Of a DNA stretch of 42,318 bases, positions 25,686 through 37,223 are shown piece by piece. The stretch is from Octopus sinensis (taxonomy: Eukaryota), in NCBI RefSeq assembly GCF_006345805.1, contig NW_021835152.1:1-42318 (forward strand). The letters are read 5' to 3'. The translations under genes and the position numbers were made by a program. The notes beneath the pieces were generated by a model that ran no database searches, was not told the origin of the DNA, and saw nothing but the letters and a program-made list of their open reading frames with translations. The first letter of the stretch is position 1; every line of letters starts with the position of its first letter.

Positions 25686-25899
25686 TTTACTCTAACAAGC
25701 CAAGTACATATCCTTACGCCGCTTCCACCCTTTCTCGAATGGTGTCGAAACGTGAGCCCTGAATGCAGCGGAAGTCAGTGACCTGATTGATGGTCAGAGG
25801 GTATGGGTTCAAGTACGGCCAGAGCATCGCTATAAGAATCGGCCGGTCTAACGTGTGTTTGTTTGCAGGAGGTAGAGGGTAATGTTGCATAACTAACCT

Positions 25900-25933
<34 letters not shown>

Positions 25934-26573
25934 CCTATAGGCGTAATAAGGACAAATGGTCAAGAAGTTCGCTTCTGCTGGATTCGATCCCTCTTCACGG
26001 TTTCTAGGACATTTGTCCCTTTCTATAACCTTGAATCGACCCCATGTCTTTTGAGTGAAACTGATCAAAAAGAAACTATAATGAAGCCCTTCGGCGTATT
26101 GTAGTTCGAAATATACAACCTTGTCAATGCGTCATGCTGATTCTGCCAAAGAATTATGTTTAGGAGAACCGTGACTACGAAATACTCAACCACTTACAAG
26201 TTAATACAATGATCCAGAGAGTTCAGTCCACAGCAGGATGAAGGCCTGAGCAAATTCTCTCCGCCAACCGCAGTCTAATGTGGAGGCCGTGGCTTTGAGT
26301 TTCAGATCACACTGGTTTGATGAGCCCACTCTGCCACACAGGCCCAACAGAGAGTACAGTTTTTATACTCTTGGCTTAGCAGAGGGTGCAACTTTTTATA
26401 CTCTTATACAGGAGTTGTTAAACCGATTGCAACGGTCTCCAGTACTCAACTGGTATTTATTATATCGAACCCGGAAGGATGAAATGCAAAGTCAGCCTCG
26501 GCAGAATTTGAACTCAGAACGCAAGGACGAACGAAACACACCTCTAAGTATTTCGCACTCTTCTGCCAGCTTG

Positions 26574-26628
<55 letters not shown>

Positions 26629-26664
26629 GCAATACGAGAGTATTGCTTTCCAGTAATTTACTTC

Positions 26665-26720
<56 letters not shown>

Positions 26721-26734
26721 GCATATATGTATAT

Positions 26735-26904
26735 ATCCAAGTTGAGAGAATGGAGCAGGTAAAATCCAGGCCACATATATTTCTTAGCTAGAAGATCCTC
26801 GGAAATAATAATTACCAACGAAAGTAATTATTAGTTCCGAAGATCTGCTAGTTAGGAAACGTATGTAGCCTGAATTTTACCTGCTCCATTCTCTCAACCT
26901 GGAT
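26735..26904. repeat. 81-bp-arm foldback with 8-nt loop
   Basis: Arms 26735-26815 and 26824-26904, no indels, 10 mismatches by my count; adjacent to a TA tract. Confidence 0.92.
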
Positions 26905-27204
26905 TCTTATTTGTATCCATAGCAACCCTAGATGTTAAACGTGAACTATAAAAAAAGCTTTTTCCAGCTTATCGAACTTCGATATGGGAGAAGCTGACAG
27001 CATTCGACGTAAATAAATTGCTGTTGTTCTTGAAAGTTGTTTTTTTTTTATACCTCTCACGGTGTATTTATGATAGACTTCTTTCAGTGCCAAATCCACT
27101 AACAAATCTTTGGTTGACCCGAGGCTATTGTAAAACAGCGCTTGTCCATGGTGCAATGCAGCGGGACTGACATCGGAACCATGTGGTTGGGAAGTAACCA
27201 ATTG

Positions 27205-27598
27205 GCGGCGAACTGGCAGAAACGTTAGCACGCCGGGCGAAATGCTTAACGGTATCTTGTCTGCAGTTACGTTCTGAGTTCAAATTCCGCCGAGGTCGAC
27301 TTTGCCTTTCATCCTTTCGGGGTCGATAAATTAAGTACCAGTTATGCACTGGGGTCGATATAATCGACTTAATCCGTTTGTCTGTCCTTTGTCCCCTCTG
27401 TGTTTAGTCCCTTGTGGGTAGTAAAGAAATAGGTATTTCGTCTGTCTCTCCGTTCTGAGTTCATATTCCGCCAAAGTCGACTTTGCCTTTTATCCTTTCG
27501 GGGTCGATAAATTAAGCACCAGTTGCGTACTGGGGTGGATCTAATCGACTGGACCCCTCCCCCAAAATTTCGGGCCTTGTGCCTAGAGTAGAAAAGAT
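27205..27598 (+). mobile_element. Two tandem tRNA-derived SINE family A copies
   Basis: Head ggcggcgaactggcagaaacgttagc...gagttcaaattccgccgaggtcgac; the body is repeated from about 27432. Further partial copies at 15985-16140, 21400-21510, 26420-26575 and 28455-28635. Confidence 0.85.
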
Positions 27599-27982
27599 TC
27601 ATATGGTTGGGAAGCAAACGTCTTACCATACAGCCACGCCAGCTGCTAATATCTCGTTTATAATTAATCTGTTGGTCGTTACAAGCAATTACAGTGAGTT
27701 CTGGTTTGTTGTGAAGATTCCTGTAAGAATCTGACACTGGTATCACGTGATCACTGTGGTTCGCAAAAGTCTTCAGCTTCTCCGGTTGTCTCAAAAAATT
27801 TTCTTAAAGACTGAAGATTGTTATCATTTCTTTATTGGAACAATGAGCGGATAGGACTCTTCAACGCAATGAGATTGGTGGTCAGCGGAACGAGGTCACC
27901 GCTTCCTGCATAATAAATACAGATGCGTGTGAACGCATCTACAGACATTTCCCCAGGTTTTCTCTCTCTATTTCTCTCTATT

Positions 27983-28022
<40 letters not shown>

Positions 28023-28764
28023 ACTCTCTCTCTCTCTTTCTCGCTGACAAACGTATACACACGCCGACGCAGCATGTTCACAGATGCATAAGCACACACC
28101 TATACACTGCTATACATACACACATGCGTACTTACATATATATACGCACACATATGTACACAAAAACACACACATACGTATGCATGTAGACACCCACATA
28201 CGCACACTTGCGTATACATATTTATACATTCCCATACATACCTTATATACATACACACATAAAGGCACATACACACAAACACATACATACATGCACATAT
28301 ACACATAAACACACATATACATATACACTTACATGAATACACACAAATTACTCACATATGCACATAGACGCACAAATTCCATAAACATATACATAAATAT
28401 ACATACTTATGCCTACACACACATACACATACACGCGCGCGCGCGCTGTCGTTTAAGGCAGCGAGCTGACATAATCGTCAGCTTGCCGGACAAAATGCTT
28501 AGCGACATTTCGTCCGTCTTATCATTCATAGTTCAAATTCCGCTGAGGGCGATATTGCCTTTCATACTTCCGGAACGTATAAAATAAGTAACAGTTGGGT
28601 CCTGGAGTCGAAGCAATCGACTCAGCCCTTCCACCGAACTTGTTGATTGTTTTAAATATATTTTAAAGTGTAAAATCATTTATTGGAGAGGGAGAGAGTG
28701 AGCCTTAATACCTAGTTGTAAGTATGGAGGGCGAGGGGCATGCGCAGTAACTGCGCGCCGCTGC

Positions 28765-29088
28765 AATCATCATTTGTTGGTGATTTCCTACCACTCCTGG
28801 CGGATGACCCCTATGCACCACTCAGGCGACAACGCTCCAACCCACGGGTCTGTTTGGGCAGTTGTTACTGGTGAGGGGTTTTACGAGGTCGGAATGCAAA
28901 TCCTGTCTCAACCACCGTTTCTATGACATGCAGAGGAAACATTGGCCCTCGTCATTGCTTTTTCTATACACAGCGCTAGCGCAACGTGACGTGAAGTGTT
29001 TCTGCTCAAAAACCCAACATGTCGTCCGGACTGGGGTTCGAAACCACGACCTAGCGATTGTGATTGTAACACCCTAACCATAAGGCCG
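28765..29088 (-). mobile_element. Degenerate tRNA-derived SINE with RTE-like tail
   Basis: Minus head ggttagggtg...ggtttcgaacccc resembles family C; it ends caacaaatgatgat, like the RTE 3' end near 16630. Confidence 0.5.
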
Positions 29089-29106
29089 AGTGCTTTAACA
29101 CCCACA

Positions 29107-29320
29107 TCATACAGCACAATCCCTCCGTTGATGAGCCCACAGATGACTTTTAAGACCAGTTGCTGACTGACAGGGTTTCAAACACAAGTGACAGATATTA
29201 TTCAAGCTTCTTCTATATCTTCGCCCTTTGGAATCTGATTCCGAAGCAATGTTTCTGTGGACTAGCCTATGTCTTTGAAGGCAAGATACATATATCGTCA
29301 ATGTATCATATATCCGAAAA
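29107..29320 (-). mobile_element. RTE-type LINE C-terminal fragment
   Basis: CHLCLKPCQSATGLKSHLWAH matches the C2H2-like tail of RTE ORFs. Confidence 0.6.
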
Positions 29321-29694
29321 GAAGTAGACTCTAAAGCATAGAGCAACAATCCTACATGTCCAGAGTAAATTAATTAATGATTAATAAGTAATTAATATAA
29401 GTTTCTTTTTATATGATTTACTCTGGACATGCATGATTTCTTTTTAACCTAAATTTTTCTCTTTGATATAAGGTCCTCTTCGATTTTATACAGCACGATA
29501 TTTAGGCTTTTATTTTAATTTCCTTTAAAAAAATTCTATTTTTATTTTCTATTTTGCATTTATTGTCCTGGCTTCAATGCTTTTGAAAACCCGTTTGTTG
29601 AAACGAGCAATCAAATCGAAACGTGTATCTGTTAATGCGAATTACATCATAATATAAATTATACGTATAACCTAAATTCTTATTCCATTCTGGA

Positions 29695-29858
29695 TCACAA
29701 CTGCCCGACGAACGGGAACGTGAAACTCTGAGTAGCAGTTCTTTTGTGATATTTTGTGATTTTTGCAGCTTTAATAATAAAGAGTATTACACTACCTCCG
29801 GTATTCGAGTACTATTTTCCCCACCTTGTTTCACATTTACGTGCTTACTCAGGTATAT
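29695..29858 (+). mobile_element. Hammerhead-bearing repeat family P2
   Basis: Aligns with 14911-15048. Confidence 0.65.
29699..29740 (+). ncRNA. Type I hammerhead ribozyme, C4 core variant
   Basis: AACUGC-CCGACGA-ACG-ggaa-CGU-GAAA-CUC-u-GAG-UA-GCAGUU: perfect 6-bp stem I, stems II and III, GUA triplet ending at 29734. Confidence 0.75.
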
Positions 29859-30110
29859 GTACGTACGTATGTATGTATGTACTAACATCTGTCTATCTAT
29901 CGATGCATGTATGTATCCATTCATCCATACAGCCAACCACCCATACATACATACATACATACATACATACATACATACATACATACATACATACATACAT
30001 AGTATACAAGTATTTTCTCAAGCTTTTGTTATCTTCGTTCAAGGCATGGAATTTTATAAGATTAAAAATAGTTAAAAAGAGAATCGGAGAAATATACAAA
30101 CTCACATACA

Positions 30111-30313
30111 TACGAGGTGGGGCTGTGTGTGCCGAAAAGTTCCTAGCTTTAAGGGTTTCGCAACATTCTGAGTTATTTTACAGGGCGTAAAAAAAAAACC
30201 GGAGGACCACCGCAACAAGTGCATGAATCTGAGAGGGGAATATGTTGAACAAAATCATATCTCTTGCATTTTCTTTTACCCAAAACCAGGAACTTTTCGA
30301 CACCCCTCTCGTA
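30111..30313 (+). mobile_element. Mariner MITE
   Basis: TA-flanked TIRs tacgagg...gccgaaaagttcctagc / ccaggaacttttcgacacccctctcgta; related to 34937-35138. Confidence 0.75.
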
Positions 30314-30679
30314 CTTGCATACATAAATACATACACACTTACATAAATACATACACACATACATATATACAGACGCAGATATATTCATGCTGTACATTGA
30401 GAAGCTCCCAAACAGAGCAAAATAACGTTATCTACTTCTACTTGCAGCTACAATAACATCTAAAACAGGAAAAAAAATAATATAGAAATATTCTTTCATA
30501 TGTCCTCTCACTCGAATAATAAAACAAAAGACGATAAGAATGGGGGAACTTTCAATACGAAAATAAACAAATGTAATTTGAAATGATGGACGAAGACAGA
30601 ATAAGTACAGCCTTTGGGCCAAACACGTAAATGATGGGTTTATAATATATATATACATATATATATATATTTCTTTATT

Positions 30680-30898
30680 GCCCACAAGAGGCTAAACATA
30701 GAGGGGACAAACAAGGACAGACAAAGGGATTAAGTCGATTACATCGACCCCAGTGCGTAACTGGTACTTTATCTATCGACCCCGAAAGGATGAAAGGCAA
30801 AGTCGACCTCGGCGGAATTTGAACTCAGAACGTAACGGCAGACGAAATACGGCTACGCATTTCGCCCGGCGTGCTAACGTTTCTGCCAGCTCACCGCC
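30680..30898 (-). mobile_element. tRNA-derived SINE family A, full length
   Basis: Minus head ggcggtgagctggcagaaacgttagc with B-box-like gagttcaaattcc; matches 27205-27420. Confidence 0.87.
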
Positions 30899-30952
30899 TT
30901 ATTTATATATATATATATTAATTAATTTATTTATATATATATATATATTATA

Positions 30953-30992
<40 letters not shown>

Positions 30993-30993
<1 letters not shown>

Positions 30994-31300
30994 ATATGAA
31001 TTAGAGATAAAACCACTATTATGCAACTCAAACAGTGATAGACATACACCAATACATAAATAACAAATAATATATATATATAGTTTTTTTTATAATATAT
31101 AACTCATAACTAGATCTCAAAAAGTATAAAATGAATGATTAAAAAAAAAATATATATATTATTTGTTATTTATGTATTGGTTTATGTCTATCAATGTTTG
31201 AGTTGCATAATAGTGGTTTTATCTCTAATTCATATTTATACTGTGAAATTTAATTTAATACTAAATTGAATTTTTCCCTGTAAGTTTGGAGTTATACTCC
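30993..31300. repeat. Foldback with 86-bp arms, TA-anchored
   Basis: 30993-31078 vs 31151-31236, 2 mismatches; the right arm extends to about 31300 and then TA repeats. Confidence 0.9.
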
Positions 31301-31326
31301 CTATTATATATGTGTGTATATATATA

Positions 31327-31359
<33 letters not shown>

Positions 31360-31366
31360 TATGTGT

Positions 31367-31439
<73 letters not shown>

Positions 31440-31448
31440 GTATATATA

Positions 31449-31496
<48 letters not shown>

Positions 31497-31499
<3 letters not shown>

Positions 31500-31689
31500 C
31501 GCCATGATAGATCGTTAGCCACTACACACACATTTTTTCTCTCCTTGTTTTTCTGTGTCCCTTTCTGTAGAAGAGCGTAGGCTCGAAACGTAAAAGACTT
31601 TTTCTATTCCTGAGCGTTATACTAATACATCTGTTTGTTTTGTACACCACCTGTCTTCGTCTTTTGTTGTTTTTTTCGTAAACTCTCCC

Positions 31690-31690
<1 letters not shown>
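31497..31690 (+). mobile_element. Penelope-like terminal fragment, family P1, with hammerhead-like motif at 31561-31597
   Basis: Encodes [10 protein letters not shown], resembling the terminal (C)RH of a PLE endonuclease; TA tracts on both sides. Confidence 0.65.
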
Positions 31691-31775
<85 letters not shown>

Positions 31776-31782
31776 AGAAGGA

Positions 31783-31831
31783 GCTTCTACAGGACTAGAA
31801 CTGTTTCATTCAAATGAAATCATCAGGAAGC
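31783..31831 (-). ncRNA. Type I hammerhead ribozyme (canonical core, full stem III)
   Basis: Minus strand: GCUUC-CUGAUGA-uUUC-auuu-GAAu-GAAA-CAG-uucuaguc-CUG-UA-GAAGC. Predicted cleavage after the A at 31788. Confidence 0.85.
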
Positions 31832-32226
31832 TGGCTGTCAAAATAAGGTCTGGTATTTATACATTTAGGCAGATTTAATGGGGTGGTGGTGGGGGACGCT
31901 TTTTGGGTAAGCAGGGCGCAAACTGTCGTTCTTAGGGGAGTGGTCAAAAGAATCAGTGATAAAGTAAATAAATGAATAAATAGAATAATTGAATAGAGTT
32001 TTAGGTAAATTAGAAGACTATCGCTTTTAGTCAGTTTGTTGTTGTTGTTATTAAGTGGAGGGAAGAAGTAGATAAGTATACATGAAAGAACATATAAAAT
32101 AAATATACATACAAACCCACATACATACACATGCGAATATCCATATATATACACATACATATGCCCATGTATATACATACAGACACATACATACATACAT
32201 ACATATAAATACACAAGCACATATAT

Positions 32227-32257
<31 letters not shown>

Positions 32258-32259
<2 letters not shown>

Positions 32260-32333
32260 TATATAAAAGGGCTTAGTAAATAAATTACTTTGCCGCATAC
32301 TGAAATTTATTTTACTAAGCCCTTTTATATAAT
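32258..32333. repeat. Perfect 23-bp inverted repeat next to a TA tract
   Basis: 32258-32280 is the exact reverse complement of 32311-32333. Confidence 0.9.
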
Positions 32334-32547
32334 GTAATAATTTGAATTCGCCTTAAATGGTCCCTTTGCATACTGAACACTTGGTGAAATTGATTAATTA
32401 ATTAATTTTAACCTCAATTGTTGAAATTATATATATATATATATATATATATAATAATATACATACATACATATACATACATTAATTTACTCTGCTATGT
32501 ATTGAGTACCTTATTTACTCAACCCGGGACCTACACACACACACACA

Positions 32548-32627
<80 letters not shown>

Positions 32628-34124
32628 ATATATATATCCAGGATTGTTTTACTCGGATGCTCTCCCATAGCTAGTCGATGTTGTAAAAAAAACACCATTC
32701 TATTTTCATAATTAAATACATTATTAGGAATTTTTAAAATTGTTACAATATTGAACAAGTATAAATAGTTTATTGCAGATAAATTTTAAATAGCAAAGTT
32801 TTATATGATCCCTTAAGGGTCAAATATGCATCCCGATTGAGAACCAGGGAGTTGTAATAAAAATAATTTTACATCAATCTGATTGGTTACTCTGTACTTT
32901 TGTAGAGTATATATTTATTATTCTTATACAGAAATGTTGTTGACAGTAACGTCGAAGGTTCAGGCAGCTTAGCTTGCCTATATACATGTCCCTTCGTGTG
33001 TATATATACACACAGCAGGTTTAACTACAAGAATGTTTTACATATTTTCGGCACTCTGTTAAACATATTCAATATACAATGCTTTGTTTGGCTACCCACG
33101 ATTTGTATTTAGCTATAAACATCCGGATACGCATAAATACCCGAATGCGTCAGCAACTATTCAAAGAAATATAATGCTAAATTTGGGTGGAATATCAGTA
33201 GCATTATTATTACTTGAAGGTGGTTTATGTGTGTGTGTGTGTGTAAGTACATATCTAAATATGTAGGCATATATGTATACATTCATATATGTATACATTC
33301 ATATACGCATACATTCATATATGTATACATTCATATACGCATACATGTATGTCTATGTATGTAAATGTAAGGACAAGCAAATAAGGCAATCAGTTTACTA
33401 AAAATATTAAATACATTTAATACAAAAAATGTACATATTTTTACATATAAAATGGTTCGAATTACACAGAACAGAAATGACATCAGCAATTAAAGGGTTT
33501 GCGACCCCTTTAATTCTATACGGAGAATACTTGTTTCTAATCTATAAACTATGTGTGTGTATGTGTGTGTGTGTATGTATGTACGTACGTACGAATATAT
33601 GTGTACATGTACGTATGTTTGTATGAATATATTTTTGCATGAATGTGAGCGTGTGTATGTGTATGTGTGTGTATGTCTGTATGAATATATGTATGTGTGT
33701 GCGTGTACGCATGTATATACGTATGTATGTAAGTATGTATATCTATATGACTGCGGTCATACTGGAGCAGCGCCGCATAGGGTTAATTGAAAAATCGATC
33801 CCAGTACTTATTCTAAATGTGATAGTTATTTTATCGATATCATTTACCGAACTGCTAATTTTCACGGACGTAAACAAACCAATATCAGTTGTGAAACGGT
33901 GAGGGACCACCACACAGAGAGACGCACATATACATACATATCTACGACGGGCTTCTTACAGTTTTCGAGTACCACATTCACTTACAAGCTATTGTCAGCT
34001 AGGGCCTACAGTTCCACCGAGCGGGACTGAACCCGAACTCGAGGCCACTGGTTTTAATTGATTAATATCAATTTCTACCCTTATTTAATTTTATATATAT
34101 ATATGTAAGTCAACTTAGAAACTG

Positions 34125-34760
34125 GAGAGGATAAGCAACCGACAAACATCAGCCTGTAACCATTCAATTATATCTATTTATCAATTGAGTACAATCATGT
34201 GTGTAAGTGATCCGAATAAGCGAATGAAATAAGCAAACAAATAAGTAAATAAATATATAAATAAAAATAAAAATATATGAGTATAATTGAAAGACGATGT
34301 AAGCCCTACAGCCTGCGGAAATTTCTCCTGGAAGTGACTTTCTTTACCATCAGATGTAATACCATGGATTATGAAAGCACCTTCAAATGAAGTTCTCACC
34401 ATTCCTTACTGTTTCTGTTCCATTATTTTAACTTACTTCCCACATGTTACTTTCCCAACATGTGGTCTCTCTGACATTTTCCTATCCCTGTCCAATGTTT
34501 GTTCATCCCTGTATATCATTGGCGTGATGAGGATAACTTGGAAGATTTTAGCAACCCCATGGTAGAAACGGCCGTAAGAGTTTAGTATTTGTGCACTCAT
34601 CTATTATTATTGCTTTATTTGTATTTATATATTTATCTAATTATTTACTTGCTTATTTCATTCGCTTATTCGGATCACTTACACACATGATTGTAATCAA
34701 TTAATAAATAGATATAATTGAATGTTTACAGGCTGATGTTTGTCGGTTGCTTATCCTCTC
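34125..34760. mobile_element. Inverted-repeat-bounded Penelope-like fragment
   Basis: Arms about 34125-34270 and 34615-34760 (3 mismatches in the outer ~110 bp); GAAAC-GGCC-GTA palindromic stem III motif at 34565-34576. Confidence 0.6.
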
Positions 34761-34936
34761 TATTTTCTTATATGACTTATAAATCTGATTTACCCCCACC
34801 CATACCTAGTATTCAATTGCGATATTGCCCTGCAATAGTAAGCACCTGGCTATAAATACGTGGGTATACATCCAACCAGGCCCTTTGTGACACCTTTAAA
34901 GCCAAAATATCCCTTAGATGGTTACTTAACAAATCT

Positions 34937-35138
34937 TACGAGGGATGTTGAAAAGTTCCTGGCTTCGAGTCAACGAAAATACAGGAGGATCAGTTGATCA
35001 TGATTTTAGTCAACATACTCCTCTCTCAGATTCACACACTTATTGCAGGGGTCCCTTAGATTTTCTCAGAAGGTTGGGCCCCCAACCAGGCCTTTTGTGA
35101 CACCCTTAAAGCCAAACACTTTTCAGCTTCTCTTCGTA
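34937..35138 (-). mobile_element. Mariner MITE
   Basis: TA-flanked TIRs tacgagggatgttgaaaagttcctggc / aaacacttttcagcttctcttcgta. Confidence 0.7.
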
Positions 35139-35466
35139 ATTCTTAACGCTCGCTTATTCATCTTTTAACTGCAAGTTAAACCTGATTTAATTAATGGAAT
35201 GTAGAGACGTAATATAGTCATCAGTACCTTATTGACAATTACGTTTTTTTCAGGTGGAATTCAGTATATGACTGAAATAAGTAAAAGGAGTGGCTGTGTA
35301 GTAAGAATCTTGCTTTCCAACCTCACGGTTCTGAGTTCAGTCCCACTGCATGGCATCTTGAGCAATGTCTTCTACCATAGCCTCGGGCCGACCAAAGCCT
35401 TGTGAGTAGATTTGGTAGACGGAAACTGAAAGAGGCTCGTCGTATATATATATCTATATATATATA

Positions 35467-35529
<63 letters not shown>

Positions 35530-35540
35530 CATATGTATAC

Positions 35541-35742
35541 GACGCCATGATAGATCGGTAGCCACTACACACATTTTTCTCTCTCCTTGTTTCTCTCCTT
35601 GTTTTTTCTGTGCCCCTTGCTGTAGAAGAGCGTAAGCTCGAAACGTTAAAGACTATTTCAATTCCTGAGCGTTATACTTATACATCTGTTTGTTTTGTAC
35701 ACCACCTGTCTTCATCTTTTGCTTTTTCATGAACTCTCCCCC
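35541..35742 (+). mobile_element. Penelope-like terminal fragment, family P1 (more diverged)
   Basis: Aligns with 31497-31690; hammerhead-like motif at 35616-35652 with a mutated cleavage triplet. Confidence 0.6.
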
Positions 35743-35756
35743 TATACACACACACA

Positions 35757-36718
35757 CACATGACAGAAGTAAACAGCCCCCCCCCCAAAAAAAAATATCG
35801 TTTTATGTTTATTTTAACTTATAAAAGTTTATATTTTTTATTAATTGACATTTTCATGTTTCAGGTTCTATATGTGATTGTTTAACCATGCCACGTACAA
35901 AAGAAGTCTTTTGTACATGGCATTTCAAAGAGGCGCGAAGTCACATGGCTCATGCGAAGGCGCATGGCTCAGCGGTTAGAGCGTCGAGCTTACGATCGTG
36001 AGGTTGTGAGTTCGAATCCTGAACCGGGCTGCGTGCTGTGTTCTTGAGCAAGACACTTTGTTTCACATTGCTCCAGTTCACTCAGAAATGAGTTGCGACG
36101 TCACAGGTGCCAAGCTGTATCGGCCCCTTTGCCTTTCCCTTGGATAACACTGGTGGCATGGAGAGGGGCGGCCGGTATGCATGGGCGACTGCTGGTCTTC
36201 CATAAATGACCTTGCCCGGACTTGTGCCTGGGAGGGTAACTTTCTAGGTGCAATCCCATGGCCAGTCATGACCGAAGGGGGTCTCAGCTCATCTCAAAGA
36301 GGCCGTATTGTGGGTCATTCTGAAGGTGGACATAGCGTAAAATCACAGAAAACCTTGGGATCCTGCTTTCAACAGTTAAAAGAGTGATTGTGAAATTCAC
36401 CAGAGGGGGGAAGGAGCCCACATCACCTCACCCAGATCAACCAGGGCCTTCTGACAGGACAGTTCATAAAAAGAACGAGAAAATATCTTCAAAGCCAGAT
36501 CTTTTGAGATTACTGCATGAAACTTGGCCAGAAATTCGGCAGGAGAATATTCGTCATCTGATCAATAACATGCCTTGCATTGAAAGATACGAAGGGCATG
36601 TCTACTAAATATCAAATATTCACATTAAAAACTATTAATAAATAATTTGAATGTATAATTTCAGATTTGAATGAATTTTAATGATTATAAGGGTATGTAT
36701 TTACTTCTGTCGTGTCTG

Positions 36719-36720
<2 letters not shown>
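35757..36720 (+). mobile_element. Tc1-type DNA transposon deletion derivative, interrupted by a SINE
   Basis: TIRs cacatgacagaagtaaacagccc / gggtatgtatttacttctgtcgtg; MPRTKE|LSSSQRGRIVGHSEGGHS N-terminus; C-terminus LHETWPEIRQENIRHLINNMP...TKY. Confidence 0.8.
35959..36285 (+). mobile_element. tRNA-derived SINE family C, full length
   Basis: A box TGGCTCAGCGG (35965-35975), B box GTTCGAATCC (36010-36019), followed by a non-tRNA body. Confidence 0.87.
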
Positions 36721-36756
<36 letters not shown>

Positions 36757-36765
<9 letters not shown>

Positions 36766-37148
36766 ATTGGTGAATTGAAGAAATGGAGCTGAACGCAGAT
36801 TGAACAGAAATCGTTTTATTTCATTCTACACGTGTTTCGAAAGGCACAAATTACCAAAATCCGATTGAATAATGGGACCATATTGTGTCTTTCTCTTCAG
36901 GAAGAAAAAAGGAAATCCGTTGGAAAAACAAAAACAGAACAGATGCGGAGCAAAAACAAATCGAACTATGCTCCTAAGAGCCCATGGCGAAACTGTTTAT
37001 CAGTGTATGTTGAGAACCGGTGGCTGAAGAATTCAACGGGTCAGGCATCGGTCAATCATGTGGGTGAGGGTGTATAGATGTTCTTTGTGACCGAGAATAA
37101 AGTTCTGACTATTTAAGGAATATTGGATGTTTTATAAGGGGCGAGAAA
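36757..37148 (-). repeat. Left inverted repeat (antisense pseudo-LTR copy)
   Basis: Mirror coordinates sum to 75977 throughout; the track shows identical 81-aa ORFs at 36832-37077 (+) and 38900-39145 (-). I saw no mismatch. Confidence 0.95.
36819..36907 (-). ncRNA. Type I hammerhead ribozyme (mirror copy of 39070-39158)
   Basis: Exact reverse complement of the right-hand motif. Confidence 0.85.
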
Positions 37149-37223
37149 GCGGAATTTTATAACGCCGCACTATCCAAGGCCGGTTATAGGCAGAAGGTAA
37201 TTTATATTGATCCGGCCCTTCCG

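Noticed and set aside
25700-25760. GTCGAAACGTGAG hammerhead remnant
   Set aside because: Core absent and the triplet ends in G.
27740-27785. Minus-strand CTGAAGA hammerhead candidate
   Set aside because: Followed by GAAC, with no valid stems.
28738-28760. GCATGCGCAG NRF1-like promoter motif and small palindrome
   Set aside because: Lies at the tail of a SINE-like repeat; a single short motif is not enough.
29575-29630. TTGAAAA...CGAAACGTGTA hammerhead candidate
   Set aside because: Stem III is plausible but stems I and II do not close; at best a decayed copy.
35959-36030. tRNA gene
   Set aside because: A and B boxes are present, but there is no proper acceptor stem or poly-T terminator and it continues into a SINE body.
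36832-37077. 81-aa ORF duplicated at 38900-39145
   Set aside because: It is the antisense reading of the pseudo-LTR and ribozyme; identical only because the repeat is.
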